From contig JAZLBT010000026.1 of NCBI GenBank assembly GCA_045613865.1, positions 5,001-69,000 of the forward strand: a stretch of DNA of 64,000 bases, read 5' to 3'. This DNA comes from Candidatus Spyradenecus sp. (GTDB lineage Bacteria; Verrucomicrobiota; Kiritimatiellia; RFP12; DVOR01). Under the pieces are notes generated by a model. That model made no database searches. It had not been told where the DNA came from and saw nothing but the letters and a program-made list of their open reading frames with translations. Below, piece by piece: positions 7,542 to 19,200 of the stretch; positions within the stretch are counted from its first letter, which is position 1; every line of letters starts with the position of its first letter. The position numbers and the translations under genes are program-made.

Positions 7542-8930
7542 ATGATCGGTCTTGCGGATAGTGTTGTTTTTACAGGGGTGAGCGGTTGCTTTGGTCATGC
7601 CGCTTCACCGCGTGCGTTTTGGAAGGCGTTGTTACGTAAGCAGTCGGCGTTTGTTCCTTTGCCCGTAGCGGGTGATGGACATACGGCCGATGAGTTGTTT
7701 CAGGGGCATCCTTTGCCGGAGATGATTGCGGCGCTCGGGGAGAATTTCGCCTGCCAGTCGGATTGGTTATCGTTGCCACCGGACTTGGGGATTGGGGATA
7801 ATCCTGATTTTTGGTTTTCCGCGCAGTTGTTGTTTGACGCGTTGGAAGATGCGTGTCTCTCACCGAATTCCCCCTCAACCGATCGTATTGCGCTTTTTAT
7901 GGGGTATGATGCGACCTTTAATCCCGCTTCGGTGAATTGGTTGTGGCATGCAAATGTGATTGCCCAGGTGGTGAGTACGTTGCAACGATTCTTCCCGAAT
8001 GCAACGCATGCTCAGATGGGAGCGATTCGTGAAAATTTGATTGAGACGTTGCCTCTGTTGAAGCCTCGTCACCTTCACCATGCACGCGGGGATGGTATTG
8101 TACGTGCGTTGGCGCAGACCTTCCGGATGTGTGATTCGGTTTATCAGTGTACGGCAGGTGAAGCTTCCGTTTTTGCAGGGTTGGATGCAGCAAGTAATGC
8201 CTTGCGTTTAGGCCAGTGTGATGTTGCCGTCGTATTGGTCTTGCAGCCACCGATTTCTCAGACGCAATTAGTGGGCGAATCATGTTTGTTGCCATTCTCG
8301 CATCATCGCACATTGCAACCTTTCACAAAAGCAGCAGATGGTACGTTGCCGGGTGAAGGCGGCGCGGCATTTGTTTTGCGGCGTTTGTCGGATGCGCGAA
8401 AGGGTGCTCAGCGAATTTATGCGAAGTTGCACTGCAGTGCTTTGCTCGCAGGTATGACGCCCGAAGAAGGCGGTTTAGAGCAAGCGCTCGAACGGTGTTT
8501 GCATCGCGCATTACGTCGTTTACCCAATGGTTTCCGTGATATTGATTATTGGGAAATGAATGCTTCTGGCGTGCCAGAAGAAGATGCGGCAGAAGAGGCA
8601 TTATTGAATCGTGTGACAGCAAATCGTGGTGCCAATATTCCACTTTTGGCGTTGGGTTCTGCGAAGACGTCGTTTGGCCATGCCTTGACAGCGGCGGGTG
8701 CTTTGGGGCTCTTAAAGGGTTTGCTGGCGATGAGTCATCGTATTTTGCCCCCATCGATTACGCCGATGGATGAGTCATTCCGTTTATGTAAGCCGGAGCA
8801 CTCGTATTATTGGGTGCAGGAGGCGCGTCCGTGGATTGCATCGTCGATGCGCCCACGACGTCTTGCGGTGTCGACGTTGTCGCGTGCTGGTCGCGCGGGT
8901 GCGGCGATTCTTGAGGAGGTGTCTGAATGA
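7542..8930 (+). CDS. PKS ketosynthase-like protein with degenerate active site (KS0/CLF-like)
   Basis: ADGTLPGEGG, LGSAKTSFGH, PRRLAVS; catalytic Cys region reads AGEAS and HGTGT reads NASGV. Confidence 0.8.
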   Translation: MIGLADSVVFTGVSGCFGHAASPRAFWKALLRKQSAFVPLPVAGDGHTADELFQGHPLPEMIAALGENFACQSDWLSLPPDLGIGDNPDFWFSAQLLFDALEDACLSPNSPSTDRIALFMGYDATFNPASVNWLWHANVIAQVVSTLQRFFPNATHAQMGAIRENLIETLPLLKPRHLHHARGDGIVRALAQTFRMCDSVYQCTAGEASVFAGLDAASNALRLGQCDVAVVLVLQPPISQTQLVGESCLLPFSHHRTLQPFTKAADGTLPGEGGAAFVLRRLSDARKGAQRIYAKLHCSALLAGMTPEEGGLEQALERCLHRALRRLPNGFRDIDYWEMNASGVPEEDAAEEALLNRVTANRGANIPLLALGSAKTSFGHALTAAGALGLLKGLLAMSHRILPPSITPMDESFRLCKPEHSYYWVQEARPWIASSMRPRRLAVSTLSRAGRAGAAILEEVSE

Positions 8931-11900
8931 GCTTAGAACGATCGGAAGGTGTGCTTTGTTTGATCGGTGCTGATTCGCGTGAGGCACTTGAATTAGCGAT
9001 TTTGCGTTTGCAACATTTTTTGAATCATTCAACTGGGATTCGTTTTATTGATGTGGTTTACACGGCGACGTGTGAAGCGCGGAATAAGCGGTGTATCGCA
9101 GGTTTATGGGTCACATCACTCGATGAGATGGGACGAAAGTTGAAGTTCGCCCTCAACGCGCTCAAGAGTGGTCGCACACGCATGCGCGATAAGTCAGGGG
9201 TCTTTTTCACAATTGATCCATTGGCGCTTAAAGGTGGTAAGGTGGCGTTTATTTTCCCGGGGACGGGAAGTTTCCATTTGGAAATGATGCGCGACTTAGC
9301 GTTGACCTTTGATGGGGTGCGTGAGCGTTTTGATGATATGGAAGAGGCGTTTACAGGCTTTTGTGATGTGGCGTCTCCCTCGGAATGGCTCTTCTCAACC
9401 GCTCCTGAACATACCTTGCCCTTAACAGCATCCCGTGATTTCTTGCCCCTATTGGCATCGGCATCCACGTATTTGGCGAGTAAGGTTTTTGCCGATTATT
9501 TACGCTCGATTGGCGTGAAGCCTGCGGCGGTGGGTGGTATTGGTCTTGGGGCCTTTTCTGCGTATCATGCAACGCACCATGACCCGAAGATGCGTCTTGT
9601 GCAGATTCTTCGTGATGCAGGACGTATGTTGGTGCGATTAGGACAGGAGAAATCGGTTGTTCAACCATGGGTGCAGTTGACCGTCACGAATGTTGATGCG
9701 CGTGCATTGCAGGAATTTGTTGCCGATTATGATGACCAAGTGGTGCTCACGCAGCAGATTTCGGAACGGAATGCGATTGTTGCTGTTCACCCTGATTCGC
9801 TTACAGCGATGGAATCTTTTGTTCGCACACAGGGTGGAACGTCGATTGCCGAACCTTTGTCGGTGCCGTTTAACACGGGTACGGGCAGTGCGGCGATGGG
9901 AGAGATTTTCCATCAGTTCTTTAGCAAGTATGTGACGATTGAGCCGCAAGTTCCCTTTTATTCAAGTGTGACAGGCCAACCAGTGGATACCTCACTGGCA
10001 TCGATTTCGCAGTGCTTGGTTGAACAGATGATGCAGCCGCTCAATTTTGAAAAGATGATTCACTCGATGTATGACAACGGGTGTCGTATCTTCATTGAAG
10101 TGGGTGCACGCGGCGTGATGTCACCGATTATTCAGCAGATTTTGGCTAACCGCGAAGAGCCGATTGTCACCATTCCGATGCATATCCTTCACCGTTCGGG
10201 CGGAATTCAAGTTGGTCAGGCAACAGGTTTGTTAGCGGCGCATGGGGTGCCGATTGATTACTCGGGATTGCGTTTCTTTGCACATGCGAAGCGGTTGAAT
10301 TTTGATATGCCGATTGCAGAGACGGGCACCACGTCAATGTCGTTGCGCTTGACGCGTGATTTACCAGCCTTACGCCCCGCGTTGATTGACACACAGCGAA
10401 TTCTCGGTATGGAGACGACAAATGAAGAGGATGAACAACCTTCACATGCCCACGCCTTGCCGTTGTCAATGCCGAAACATGGCGTCCCCTACCCGCTCTT
10501 GCGAAATTCAAAGGTCTTGGAACAATCGCCCACGCATTTGACGTTGCGTGTGGTGTTGAAGCCGAAAGATGTGCCTTTCCTCAACGACTATGCGATTGGT
10601 ACGTCGGTTTCGATTAGCAACCCGCAGTTGCGTGGGTTGACCCTCTTCTCAATGGCTTCGGGGCTTGAGGTAATGGCGGAGAGCGCAAAACAGCTCGTGC
10701 CAGACTATTCGCTCGCAAGTGTGAAGCAAATGCGTGCACCGCGTTGGCTTTCCTTCTCCTTTGGCAAGTTGGCGTTGATTATCTCTGCCGATATCACCAA
10801 GGTCAATGACGATGATTCCAAGCAGGTACGTGTACGCATTTACACAGACACTGACACCGTTGAAGAAGGTGATCATATTGCGATGGAAGCAACGATGACC
10901 TTCGCCCGCGTCGTGCCAGAACCTGAAGCCGTGCCTGAGCTTGACCCCTTGGCGGGCTTGAAGAATGTGAATTGGCGTTTGTCGGATATCTATCCGAGTC
11001 GTCTTTTCCATGGGCCACTTTTGCGTAATATTCGGTCGGTTTCGGGTTGGGGCTATAATGGGATTGACTACGAAATTGTCTTGCCCTCTCGTGCGAACAC
11101 CGTGCGTGGAACACGTCGCCCCATCTTTTCAGCGATGCCGCTCTTCCTTGATGCCGTCTTTGCAGGGTTCCCGTTATGGCGTTCACATGAACGTTTCCAC
11201 GGTGCAATTTCGTTGCCTTTCCGCTGTCAGAGTATCAGCTATCACGCGGTTTGGATTCCTGAAGGAACACGGTTAAATTGTGCGTTGCGTCTTGTGAACG
11301 TGACAACGCGTACATTCCAGGTTGATATTCGTGTAACCGATGCCTCTGGACATGTGATTCTTGAAGTGAAGGGTTGGGAAGAAGTCAGTGGTCGCGCAAC
11401 GAATGAGTTGCATCACTTTATCATGAATCCCGCGAAGTCCTTCATTACACAGCCCTTGCCCGCAGCCATCCTTCCCGAGACGGATGTTGAGATTATCGGT
11501 GCACTCTATGTGAATGATAATGAAGAGTTCTTCATCTCAAATAACGAACTTTGGTTGAGTGCTTTAGCCAATGCGGTGTTAACGCCAAATGAACGCGTTG
11601 ACTACGCGCAGATGACGGGCACCGCCTCTCGTCGTTTAGAGTGGCTCTTAGGGCGTACCTCTGCGAAGGAAGCCGTACGTCGCTTGTTGTTGCAGAATTA
11701 TAATCTCTACGAACCGGCGGCAGATATTTCGATTTGGAAGGATAAACTCGGGAAGCCTCATCCCATTGGTGATTGGGATAATCATGTCTCGAGCCAGATT
11801 GACCTCTCGATTGCACACACCGCAGGGTTAATCCTCGGTGCAGCGACCGCACAGGGGCATATTGGTCTCGATGTAGAGTCGGTGAATCGTGACTTGACGG

Positions 11901-12211
11901 AAGACTTCTTACGCGGAGTCTTCACACTTGAAGAACAAGAACTCGCAAGCCGTAGTGGTGATGGCCCCACCGCAGTATTACGTTTTTGGTGTGCGAAGGA
12001 AGCCATTTCCAAGGCGTTGGGAACAGGTATTCGTTTCGCACCGACAGATTTACGGATTCGTACATCGGATCCAGCAACAGGACTTTTGGAGATGGAACTC
12101 TTTGGTGCATGGGCGGAAAATTTCCCGATGTTCCGCGAGAAGTTGATCCCCATCAAGACGTGTGTGCTTTATGGGCACGCAATCGCGTGTTGCATTCTCC
12201 CCAACTTTTAA
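8927..12211 (+). CDS. PKS-like AT-DH-PPTase fusion protein
   Basis: AFIFPGTGS and FIEVGARG (AT); LFHGP and LDA (DH); GRxxAKEA, GKP, SIAH, GLDVE, WCAKEAISKALGTG (Sfp-type PPTase). Confidence 0.8.
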   Translation: MSLERSEGVLCLIGADSREALELAILRLQHFLNHSTGIRFIDVVYTATCEARNKRCIAGLWVTSLDEMGRKLKFALNALKSGRTRMRDKSGVFFTIDPLALKGGKVAFIFPGTGSFHLEMMRDLALTFDGVRERFDDMEEAFTGFCDVASPSEWLFSTAPEHTLPLTASRDFLPLLASASTYLASKVFADYLRSIGVKPAAVGGIGLGAFSAYHATHHDPKMRLVQILRDAGRMLVRLGQEKSVVQPWVQLTVTNVDARALQEFVADYDDQVVLTQQISERNAIVAVHPDSLTAMESFVRTQGGTSIAEPLSVPFNTGTGSAAMGEIFHQFFSKYVTIEPQVPFYSSVTGQPVDTSLASISQCLVEQMMQPLNFEKMIHSMYDNGCRIFIEVGARGVMSPIIQQILANREEPIVTIPMHILHRSGGIQVGQATGLLAAHGVPIDYSGLRFFAHAKRLNFDMPIAETGTTSMSLRLTRDLPALRPALIDTQRILGMETTNEEDEQPSHAHALPLSMPKHGVPYPLLRNSKVLEQSPTHLTLRVVLKPKDVPFLNDYAIGTSVSISNPQLRGLTLFSMASGLEVMAESAKQLVPDYSLASVKQMRAPRWLSFSFGKLALIISADITKVNDDDSKQVRVRIYTDTDTVEEGDHIAMEATMTFARVVPEPEAVPELDPLAGLKNVNWRLSDIYPSRLFHGPLLRNIRSVSGWGYNGIDYEIVLPSRANTVRGTRRPIFSAMPLFLDAVFAGFPLWRSHERFHGAISLPFRCQSISYHAVWIPEGTRLNCALRLVNVTTRTFQVDIRVTDASGHVILEVKGWEEVSGRATNELHHFIMNPAKSFITQPLPAAILPETDVEIIGALYVNDNEEFFISNNELWLSALANAVLTPNERVDYAQMTGTASRRLEWLLGRTSAKEAVRRLLLQNYNLYEPAADISIWKDKLGKPHPIGDWDNHVSSQIDLSIAHTAGLILGAATAQGHIGLDVESVNRDLTEDFLRGVFTLEEQELASRSGDGPTAVLRFWCAKEAISKALGTGIRFAPTDLRIRTSDPATGLLEMELFGAWAENFPMFREKLIPIKTCVLYGHAIACCILPNF

Positions 12212-12226
12212 TTCAAAGGAGTGATT

Positions 12227-12922
12227 ATGGCGCTTCGTACAACAGAAATTATTCGTCATTTTACTAAGCATGCAGCGGGATCTGTATTGATTAAGCAGGG
12301 TGATACATGGGTGCTTTGCACAGCGTGTGTTGAGGAGAAAGTTCCACCCTTCTTGCGCGATACAGGTCGCGGTTGGGTGACCGCAGAGTATTCAATGTTG
12401 CCCTCGTCAACCGTTGGACGTAAGGATCGTGATATCAAGAAGTTAAAGCAGGATGGTCGCAGTGTTGAAATTGGTCGTCTCATCGGTCGCGCATTACGTG
12501 CTGCTGTGGATATGGAACTTTTGGGTGAACGCACGATTACAATTGACTGCGATGTTTTGCAAGCTGATGGTGGAACGCGTTGTGCCTCGATTACAGGGGG
12601 CATGGTTGCACTCGAGGATGCTGTTCGCAAGTTAATGGCAGAGGGTAAGATTGCAACTTCGCCGATTCTCCGTCGTGTGGCGGCAATTAGTGTTGGGATT
12701 TGTAAGGGCGAGCCAACGCTCGATCTCGATTATGCCCATGACTCAACCGCAGACACGGATATGAATGTTATTATGACCTCAGAAGGTCGTTATGTGGAAA
12801 TTCAGGGAACGGCAGAGCATGAACCTTTTGGCGATGAGGAATTTGATACCCTTCGTCAGCTCGCTAAGGAAGGGTGCATGCATCTCTTCGCCGCACAAGA
12901 AGCCGCGCTCAATGCAGAATAA
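12227..12922 (+). CDS. rph: ribonuclease PH
   Basis: [38 protein letters not shown]. Confidence 0.97.
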   Translation: MALRTTEIIRHFTKHAAGSVLIKQGDTWVLCTACVEEKVPPFLRDTGRGWVTAEYSMLPSSTVGRKDRDIKKLKQDGRSVEIGRLIGRALRAAVDMELLGERTITIDCDVLQADGGTRCASITGGMVALEDAVRKLMAEGKIATSPILRRVAAISVGICKGEPTLDLDYAHDSTADTDMNVIMTSEGRYVEIQGTAEHEPFGDEEFDTLRQLAKEGCMHLFAAQEAALNAE

Positions 12923-12928
12923 CACCCC

Positions 12929-14113
12929 ATGAAAACAGTACAGCTTAAGATTAAACGAGACTTCCCTACCCGCCATGGCCATCCGTGGATTTTCTCTGGT
13001 GCAATTGATAAGGTCACTGGCAATCCTCAGCGCGGGGATACCGTTTGCGTGCTCAATGCCAAGGGTGAAGTGCTCGGTATGGGTGCATGGTCGCCTGATT
13101 CGCAAATTCGTGTGCGCATGTGGACGTTTGGCAGTGAGCAGGCCATTGATAACGACTTCTTTGAGGCTCGTGTTCAGCAAGCCCTCGCGGTAAGAGAAGG
13201 TATGGCCGAACGCTTTAACACCAATGCCCTTCGCCTCATTAATGCCGAGGCGGATGGTTTGCCTGGGGTAACGGTTGATTGTTATGACAAGACACTCGTT
13301 GGGCAATTCACAACCGCAGGAGCAGAGGCTCACAAGCAAGCAATTGTTCAGGCGTTGATGAAGGCCACAGGCGCAACGTCGTTTTATGAGCGGAGTGATG
13401 TTGATGGACGTTTGCACGAAGGGCTTGAACAAGTCACCGGTTGTCTCGCTGGCGATGAGCCCCCTGAAAAGATTCGCATTCATGAAGGTGATGTGAATTT
13501 TGAAGTTGATGTGCGTTTGGGACATAAGACGGGTTTTTACCTTGATCAGCGTGAGAATCGTCGCATTTTGGCGAGCTATGCTCAAGGTAAGAGCGTGCTC
13601 AATACGTTTGCCTTCACCGGTGGGTTTGGTATCGCAGCACAGGTGGCAGGCGCGGCGTCGGTCACGCATATTGACATTTCTGAAACCGCTCTCACACAAG
13701 CCCAACGAAATGCACAGATTAATGTAAATACCGATTGTGCGACCTTCCAAAAGGCAAATGTTTTTGAAGCCTTGCGCACCTATCGTGATAAGGCGATGTC
13801 GTTTGATATGGTTGTGCTTGATCCGCCCAAGTTTGCCGAGACGCGAAGCCAGACCAATAAGGCTTTACGTGGATACAAGGATATCAATATTCTTGGAATG
13901 AAGTTAGTAAAACGTGGTGGACTGTTAGCAACGTTTTCATGTTCTGGAGCGATTGACCCGCAATGCTTCCGGATGATGTTGACCGAAGCAGCGTATGATG
14001 CCCATCGCGAAATCCGCATTTTGGATGAACTTCGTCAGGCGCCGGATCACGTTGAAGCGCTCACCTTCCCAGAAGGACTCTACCTTAAAGGTCTCCTCTG
14101 TCGCGTACTCTAA
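12929..14113 (+). CDS. rlmI: 23S rRNA m5C1962 methyltransferase family
   Basis: PUA HPWIFSG, GHKTGFYLDQR, LDPPKF, FPEGLYLK. Confidence 0.9.
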   Translation: MKTVQLKIKRDFPTRHGHPWIFSGAIDKVTGNPQRGDTVCVLNAKGEVLGMGAWSPDSQIRVRMWTFGSEQAIDNDFFEARVQQALAVREGMAERFNTNALRLINAEADGLPGVTVDCYDKTLVGQFTTAGAEAHKQAIVQALMKATGATSFYERSDVDGRLHEGLEQVTGCLAGDEPPEKIRIHEGDVNFEVDVRLGHKTGFYLDQRENRRILASYAQGKSVLNTFAFTGGFGIAAQVAGAASVTHIDISETALTQAQRNAQINVNTDCATFQKANVFEALRTYRDKAMSFDMVVLDPPKFAETRSQTNKALRGYKDINILGMKLVKRGGLLATFSCSGAIDPQCFRMMLTEAAYDAHREIRILDELRQAPDHVEALTFPEGLYLKGLLCRVL

Positions 14114-14127
14114 GAAAGGAGTTGTTT

Positions 14128-15480
14128 ATGAAAGCTTTTAAAGCCTATGACATTCGTGGTGTTTATGGTGTTGATTTAACCGATGACTTAGCCTATCAAG
14201 TGGGACGATGCCTGCCCACTTTGTTATCCGCAAAGTGCGTTTTGATTGGGCGTGATGCACGTCACTCCTCACCCGCATTACGCGAAGCATTAATTCGCGG
14301 GATTACAGATGCTGGTGCAGATGTTGATGACCTCGGTCTCTCGACAACACCCATGGTTTATTTCTTCACCGCAGAGAAGCACTATGCCGCCTCGGTGATG
14401 ATTACCGCATCGCATAACCCTGGTAAATATAATGGGTTAAAGGTTTCCAAGACCGATGCACGTCCTGTTAGTTATGAGCTTGGACTCAATCAAGTTGAAG
14501 CAATGATTGAAGCCGGTCAGTTGCCCCCCAAGGCGGATGTGCCAGGCAAGGTTACCCAAGTTAATTATCATGCGGAATATGTCGCATGGATGCGTCAGCG
14601 TTTACCTGATATGAGCGGGTTAAAGATTGCGATTGACTGCTCAGATGGCGCAGCGGGCATTCTTGCACGTGATATTTTTGGAGAAGCACCGATTTATCTT
14701 AATGCCACCCCCGATGGTGATTTTCCGCATCATGGTCCAAATCCATTAGAAGTTGAGAATTGCGAACAGTTAATGGCGTGCGTAAAGGCAAATCAGCTTG
14801 ACCTTGGAATTATCTTTGATGGTGATGCTGATCGCGTGATGTGTATTGACAATACAGGTGCATTTGTGCAACCTGATGTCTTTATCCCGCTCTTTGCTGA
14901 ATGCCTCTATGCCCCCGAAGATCCAACCGACATCGCAGTTGTGCATGACATTCGCACCTCTCGCGGTGTGATTGAAGCCATTCGTGAACGTGGTTTCTCC
15001 GCCGTTATGGTAAAGGTTGGTGCGGCTTATGCCAAGACGGAACTTCGTGCGCGGAATGGACTCTGTGGTGGAGAAGTAGCAGGTCACTATTACGCACGTG
15101 CGTTCCATTGGTGCGATAGTGGTATTTTGGCGGCCTTGCTCATCCTTCAAATTGCAGTTAAAGCCAAGGCAAAGGGACAAACACTCGCCGATGTTCTTGC
15201 GCCCATTGCTAATCGCTATGAACGTTCGGGCGAAGTGAATGTTGAAGGCATCGAAGATCGTCAAGGCGCAATTCATCGTGTTGAGGAAGCCGTTGTTCAA
15301 CTGCTCGGTGCACCCGTCAATCGCGTTGATTTTGATGGCGTTCGTCTCGATTGGGAAGATGCTTGGTTTGGTGTTCGCCCCTCAAATACGGAACCCATCC
15401 TTCGTCTTGCAGCAGAAGCAAAGACGATTGAAAAGCTCAAGGCAATCATTGATGTTGCTCGCGCGGCTGCGCTTGCATAA
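14128..15480 (+). CDS. phosphomannomutase/phosphoglucomutase
   Basis: FKAYDIRG, TASHNP, DGDADR, RPSNTEP. Confidence 0.95.
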   Translation: MKAFKAYDIRGVYGVDLTDDLAYQVGRCLPTLLSAKCVLIGRDARHSSPALREALIRGITDAGADVDDLGLSTTPMVYFFTAEKHYAASVMITASHNPGKYNGLKVSKTDARPVSYELGLNQVEAMIEAGQLPPKADVPGKVTQVNYHAEYVAWMRQRLPDMSGLKIAIDCSDGAAGILARDIFGEAPIYLNATPDGDFPHHGPNPLEVENCEQLMACVKANQLDLGIIFDGDADRVMCIDNTGAFVQPDVFIPLFAECLYAPEDPTDIAVVHDIRTSRGVIEAIRERGFSAVMVKVGAAYAKTELRARNGLCGGEVAGHYYARAFHWCDSGILAALLILQIAVKAKAKGQTLADVLAPIANRYERSGEVNVEGIEDRQGAIHRVEEAVVQLLGAPVNRVDFDGVRLDWEDAWFGVRPSNTEPILRLAAEAKTIEKLKAIIDVARAAALA

Positions 15481-15565
15481 TCATCCATTACAATTATGCA
15501 TAATAAGTCGTGTGATGAACCTCCACGACTTATTTTTTTGTCTTTTAATTTCAAGGTGATAAAAC

Positions 15566-15590
15566 AAAAAAAACGGAGCTCACCGCCCCG
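15566..15590 (-). terminator. terminator of the tRNA operon
   Basis: cggggc-ggtga-gctccg followed by T8 on minus. Confidence 0.7.
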
Positions 15591-15609
15591 CAACTTAAGC
15601 CTTCTTAAA

Positions 15610-15684
15610 TGGCACCCCCAAGGAGAGTCGAACTCCTCTTACAGGCATGAAAAGCCCGTGTCCTAACCGATAGACGATGGGGGC
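15610..15684 (-). tRNA. tRNA-Glu(TTC)
   Basis: Cloverleaf, anticodon TTC, GTTCGA, encoded CCA. Confidence 0.97.
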
Positions 15685-15690
15685 ACATAC

Positions 15691-15766
<76 letters not shown>

Positions 15767-15785
15767 TTACGACCGCTTGCGGTTA

Positions 15786-15860
15786 TGGCACCCCCAAGGA
15801 GAGTCGAACTCCTCTTACAGGCATGAAAAGCCCGTGTCCTAACCGATAGACGATGGGGGC
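15786..15860 (-). tRNA. tRNA-Glu(TTC), identical second copy
   Basis: Same sequence as 15610-15684. Confidence 0.97.
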
Positions 15861-15863
15861 AAC

Positions 15864-15939
15864 TGGTGGCAAGGGTCGGGATCGAACCGACGACACGCGA
15901 ATTTTCAGTCCGCTGCTCTACCAACTGAGCTACCTCGCC
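15864..15939 (-). tRNA. tRNA-Phe(GAA), one-base variant
   Basis: As 15691-15766 but with a G-U pair in the anticodon stem. Confidence 0.97.
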
Positions 15940-15972
15940 AGAAGTACGCTTACGTATCGTAAAACGGCGCAC

Positions 15973-16001
15973 ATTATAGCAAATGAAAAAAAGTAATGCA
16001 A
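15973..16001 (-). promoter_or_regulatory. tRNA operon promoter
   Basis: TTGCAT-17-TATAAT with upstream A-tracts. Confidence 0.85.
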
Positions 16002-16206
16002 GCCCTTTTTTCACTTTTTTTAATTTTTTCTATTTTTCTTTTGTAATGGTGATTTTTGAAGGCGGTTCTCTTTTTTTATTTTAATTATTTCCCTTTTTAT
16101 TAAATATATGGTAATATATGAAACGTTGATGACGTTTTATTTTGTTCGGCACATCGTGTCTACAAAGAGCGTTAGCAAAAAGCCTTGAATGAAAAAGGAA
16201 ATTAAG

Positions 16207-19200
16207 ATGAATAAAGTTTTTTCTACGGTTCTCACCTCGCTTTTGCCTGCGGCAAGCTTGCTTGCTACAGCAACGGCACGCTATGTCACCGTTGACATTC
16301 CAAAAGAAGCTGCAACCCTCTCCTTATCTGAAGTTGAAGTTTTTGTCAATGGAAAAAACATTGCCCCTACCGGCAAGGCAACCCAATCCAATACCGCGCA
16401 CAATGCCAAGGCTGAACGCGCAATTGATGGAAATTGTTCACCTTTTTGGAACCATGACACAATTACCCATACACCCGAGAATAGTAACCACCCCGCATGG
16501 GAACTTGACCTCGGAAGCGAATACCCCATCGATAAGATTACCCTTTGGAATCGTTCTGAAGGCATGTTAGGCGATCGCTTAAATGGCGTTCGTGTGACGC
16601 TCTCAAATGCGAATCGTGAAATTGTTTGGGATGACAGTCGCGCTTGGGATGCGAAGGATGGTATTCCACAGACGCTTTTCTTTATTCCTGAATATGGCAA
16701 GACAAATCGTTTTCAACAACACGCAGAAACGATGGCAGAACGCCAGGCACGTTTAACCCTTGCAGCCCTTTTGCAGCGCATCAACACCCCTGCCCTCTTA
16801 ACTGCACTTGATGCCTATGCCGAAAAGTATCCTGAAGCTTATCCAGAAGACACCTACGAAGCATTACGTCAGGCGATTCTCGATTTGGAAGCAGAAGTTA
16901 AGACTGGGAGCAAGGATCCATCGTTGGTTACGCGTTTCCGTGATTTGCAGAAGCAAGTTTTGCTCAAGCACCCCGCGATTGACTTTGATGAAATTCTCTT
17001 CATTAACCGTCCAAAGGGTTCAAAGCAAGGGCTCTTCCAAAACTATCAAGGCAACACCGCTTGGCTCGGAAAGAACGATGACCACCTTCGCGGTTATCAA
17101 AACACACTCTTGAAGGGTCCACTCTGTCAGGATGATGGTCCCGCGCAAGTGATTCGTTCCTCCTCTGCTTATATGGGTGAACTTTGTTTGGATTGGGATG
17201 CCAACAAGCTCCTTCTCTCCTCTGGTGATGAAAAGAGTGGTCCTTGGGGCATTTATGAACTCAATCTCGATGGAACGGGTTGGACCACCGCATTTGAGAA
17301 TAGCGATCCTCTCGTTGACTATTATGATGCATGCTACTTGCCAGATGGTCGCATTATCACCACGGCAACAGTTGGCTTTAATGGTGTGCCGTGCGTAACG
17401 GGCGGTGACTATGTGGCGAATGTCATTCTCATCGATAAGGATCGTAAGAATGCACGTCGTCTCACCTTTGACCAAGACATTAACTGGAACCCCGAAGTTT
17501 ATCCCAATGGTCGTGTTGTTTATTTGCGCTGGGAGTATACCGACTCGGCGCACTACTTCTCTCGCGTTTTAATGACGATGAACCCCGATGGCTCCGATCA
17601 GCAGGAATTCTATGGTTCGAATAGCTATTGGCCGAATGCTGTCTTCTATCACCAGCACATTCCTGGAAGTTCAACTAAGTTTGTCGGTATTGTCACAGGT
17701 CACCATGGCGTTGCTCGTAAAGGCGAGCTCGTGATGTTTGACGTCTCCAAGGGTCGTATTGAAACGCAAGGTGCGGTTCACAAGTTCCCCTTCCGCGGGA
17801 AGCCAATTGAGAATATCACCAAAGACCAGCTTGTTGACAATATTAAACCCTTCTTCCTTCACCCACGTCCGCTCAATGACGAACTCATTCTCGCCGCTAT
17901 GCAGGATGATGGTGGTTCGCCCTGGCGCATCGTTCTCGTTGATATTTATGACAACGTGCTCACCCTTTGGGAGGCCCCCGATGCCAACTACTATGAACCT
18001 ATTCCGGTTAAGAAAAAGGCTCGCCCCTATGCACGCGAAGATATTGTTAACTTGGAAAAGGATACGTGTAATGTTTATATGACCAACGTCTATCGTGGTC
18101 AGAAGACGCTTGAAGGTGTTCCTCACGGCAAGGTGAAGAAGCTTCGTGTGTTCAACTATGAATATGCCCCGCGTCACAGTGGTGGTCACTATGCCTTGGG
18201 CATGGAAGGTCCATGGGACGTACGCGTTCTCCACGGTACAGTTGATGTGGAAGAAGATGGTTCTTGTATGTTTGAGTTCCCCGCGAACACGCCGCTTTCC
18301 GTTCAGCCCATTGACGAAAATGGTCAAGCGCTTCAGTTGATGCGTTCTTGGTTGGTGGGTATGCCCGGTGAGACCATCTCTTGCGTGGGTTGCCATGAAA
18401 GTCAGAATGCCGCAGCCCCCTCGGGTCAGACCTCTATTGCTTCGCGCAAGCCTCCGCAACAGATTCAGCCTTGGTATGGACCTAAACGCGGTTGGTCGTT
18501 TGAACGCGAACTCCAGCCCGTGCTTGATCGTCGTTGCGTCGGTTGCCACAATGCAAACACCACATACACCAACGAACAAGGCATCAAGATTCCAGACTTC
18601 TCCTATCAAAAGGCGCCTGTTTGGAATGGTTTTAGCAAGTCGTACATTGCCTTGCACCCCTATGTTCGTCGTAATGGTCCCGAAGGCGACTATCACGTTT
18701 TGACGCCGTTGGAATTCAATGTGAACACCTCTGATCTTTGGCAGCGTTTGAAGAAGGGTCACCATGGCGTTACCTTAACAGCAGAAGAGTGGGATCGTCT
18801 TGCAACATGGATTGATCTTAACGTCCCCTACTTTGGCACTTGGACGGAACATGGTTCGCGCGTTGATATTATTCAAAAGCGTCGTGAATACGAAAAGCGC
18901 ATGACGAATAATCTCTCTGCTGAACCTAATGCATTTGACCCAGAAAAGATTGTCAATCCCTATACCCCTGGTGCGATCGCATTTGAAGCCCCGACAGGCC
19001 AACGTCTTCAGAAGGTTGCAGCCCCCACACTTGCACAACAATCTCCTACCCAAAATCAGGGAACGATTGAACTTAAAGTTGGCGGCGACCAAGTTTTGCG
19101 TCTTGCCAAGATTCCTGCTGGTTCCTTTGTCATGGGTTCGAATGACGAAACCCTCGCCGAAGCACCTGCACATGTTGTCACAATTGACAAGCCCTTCTAC

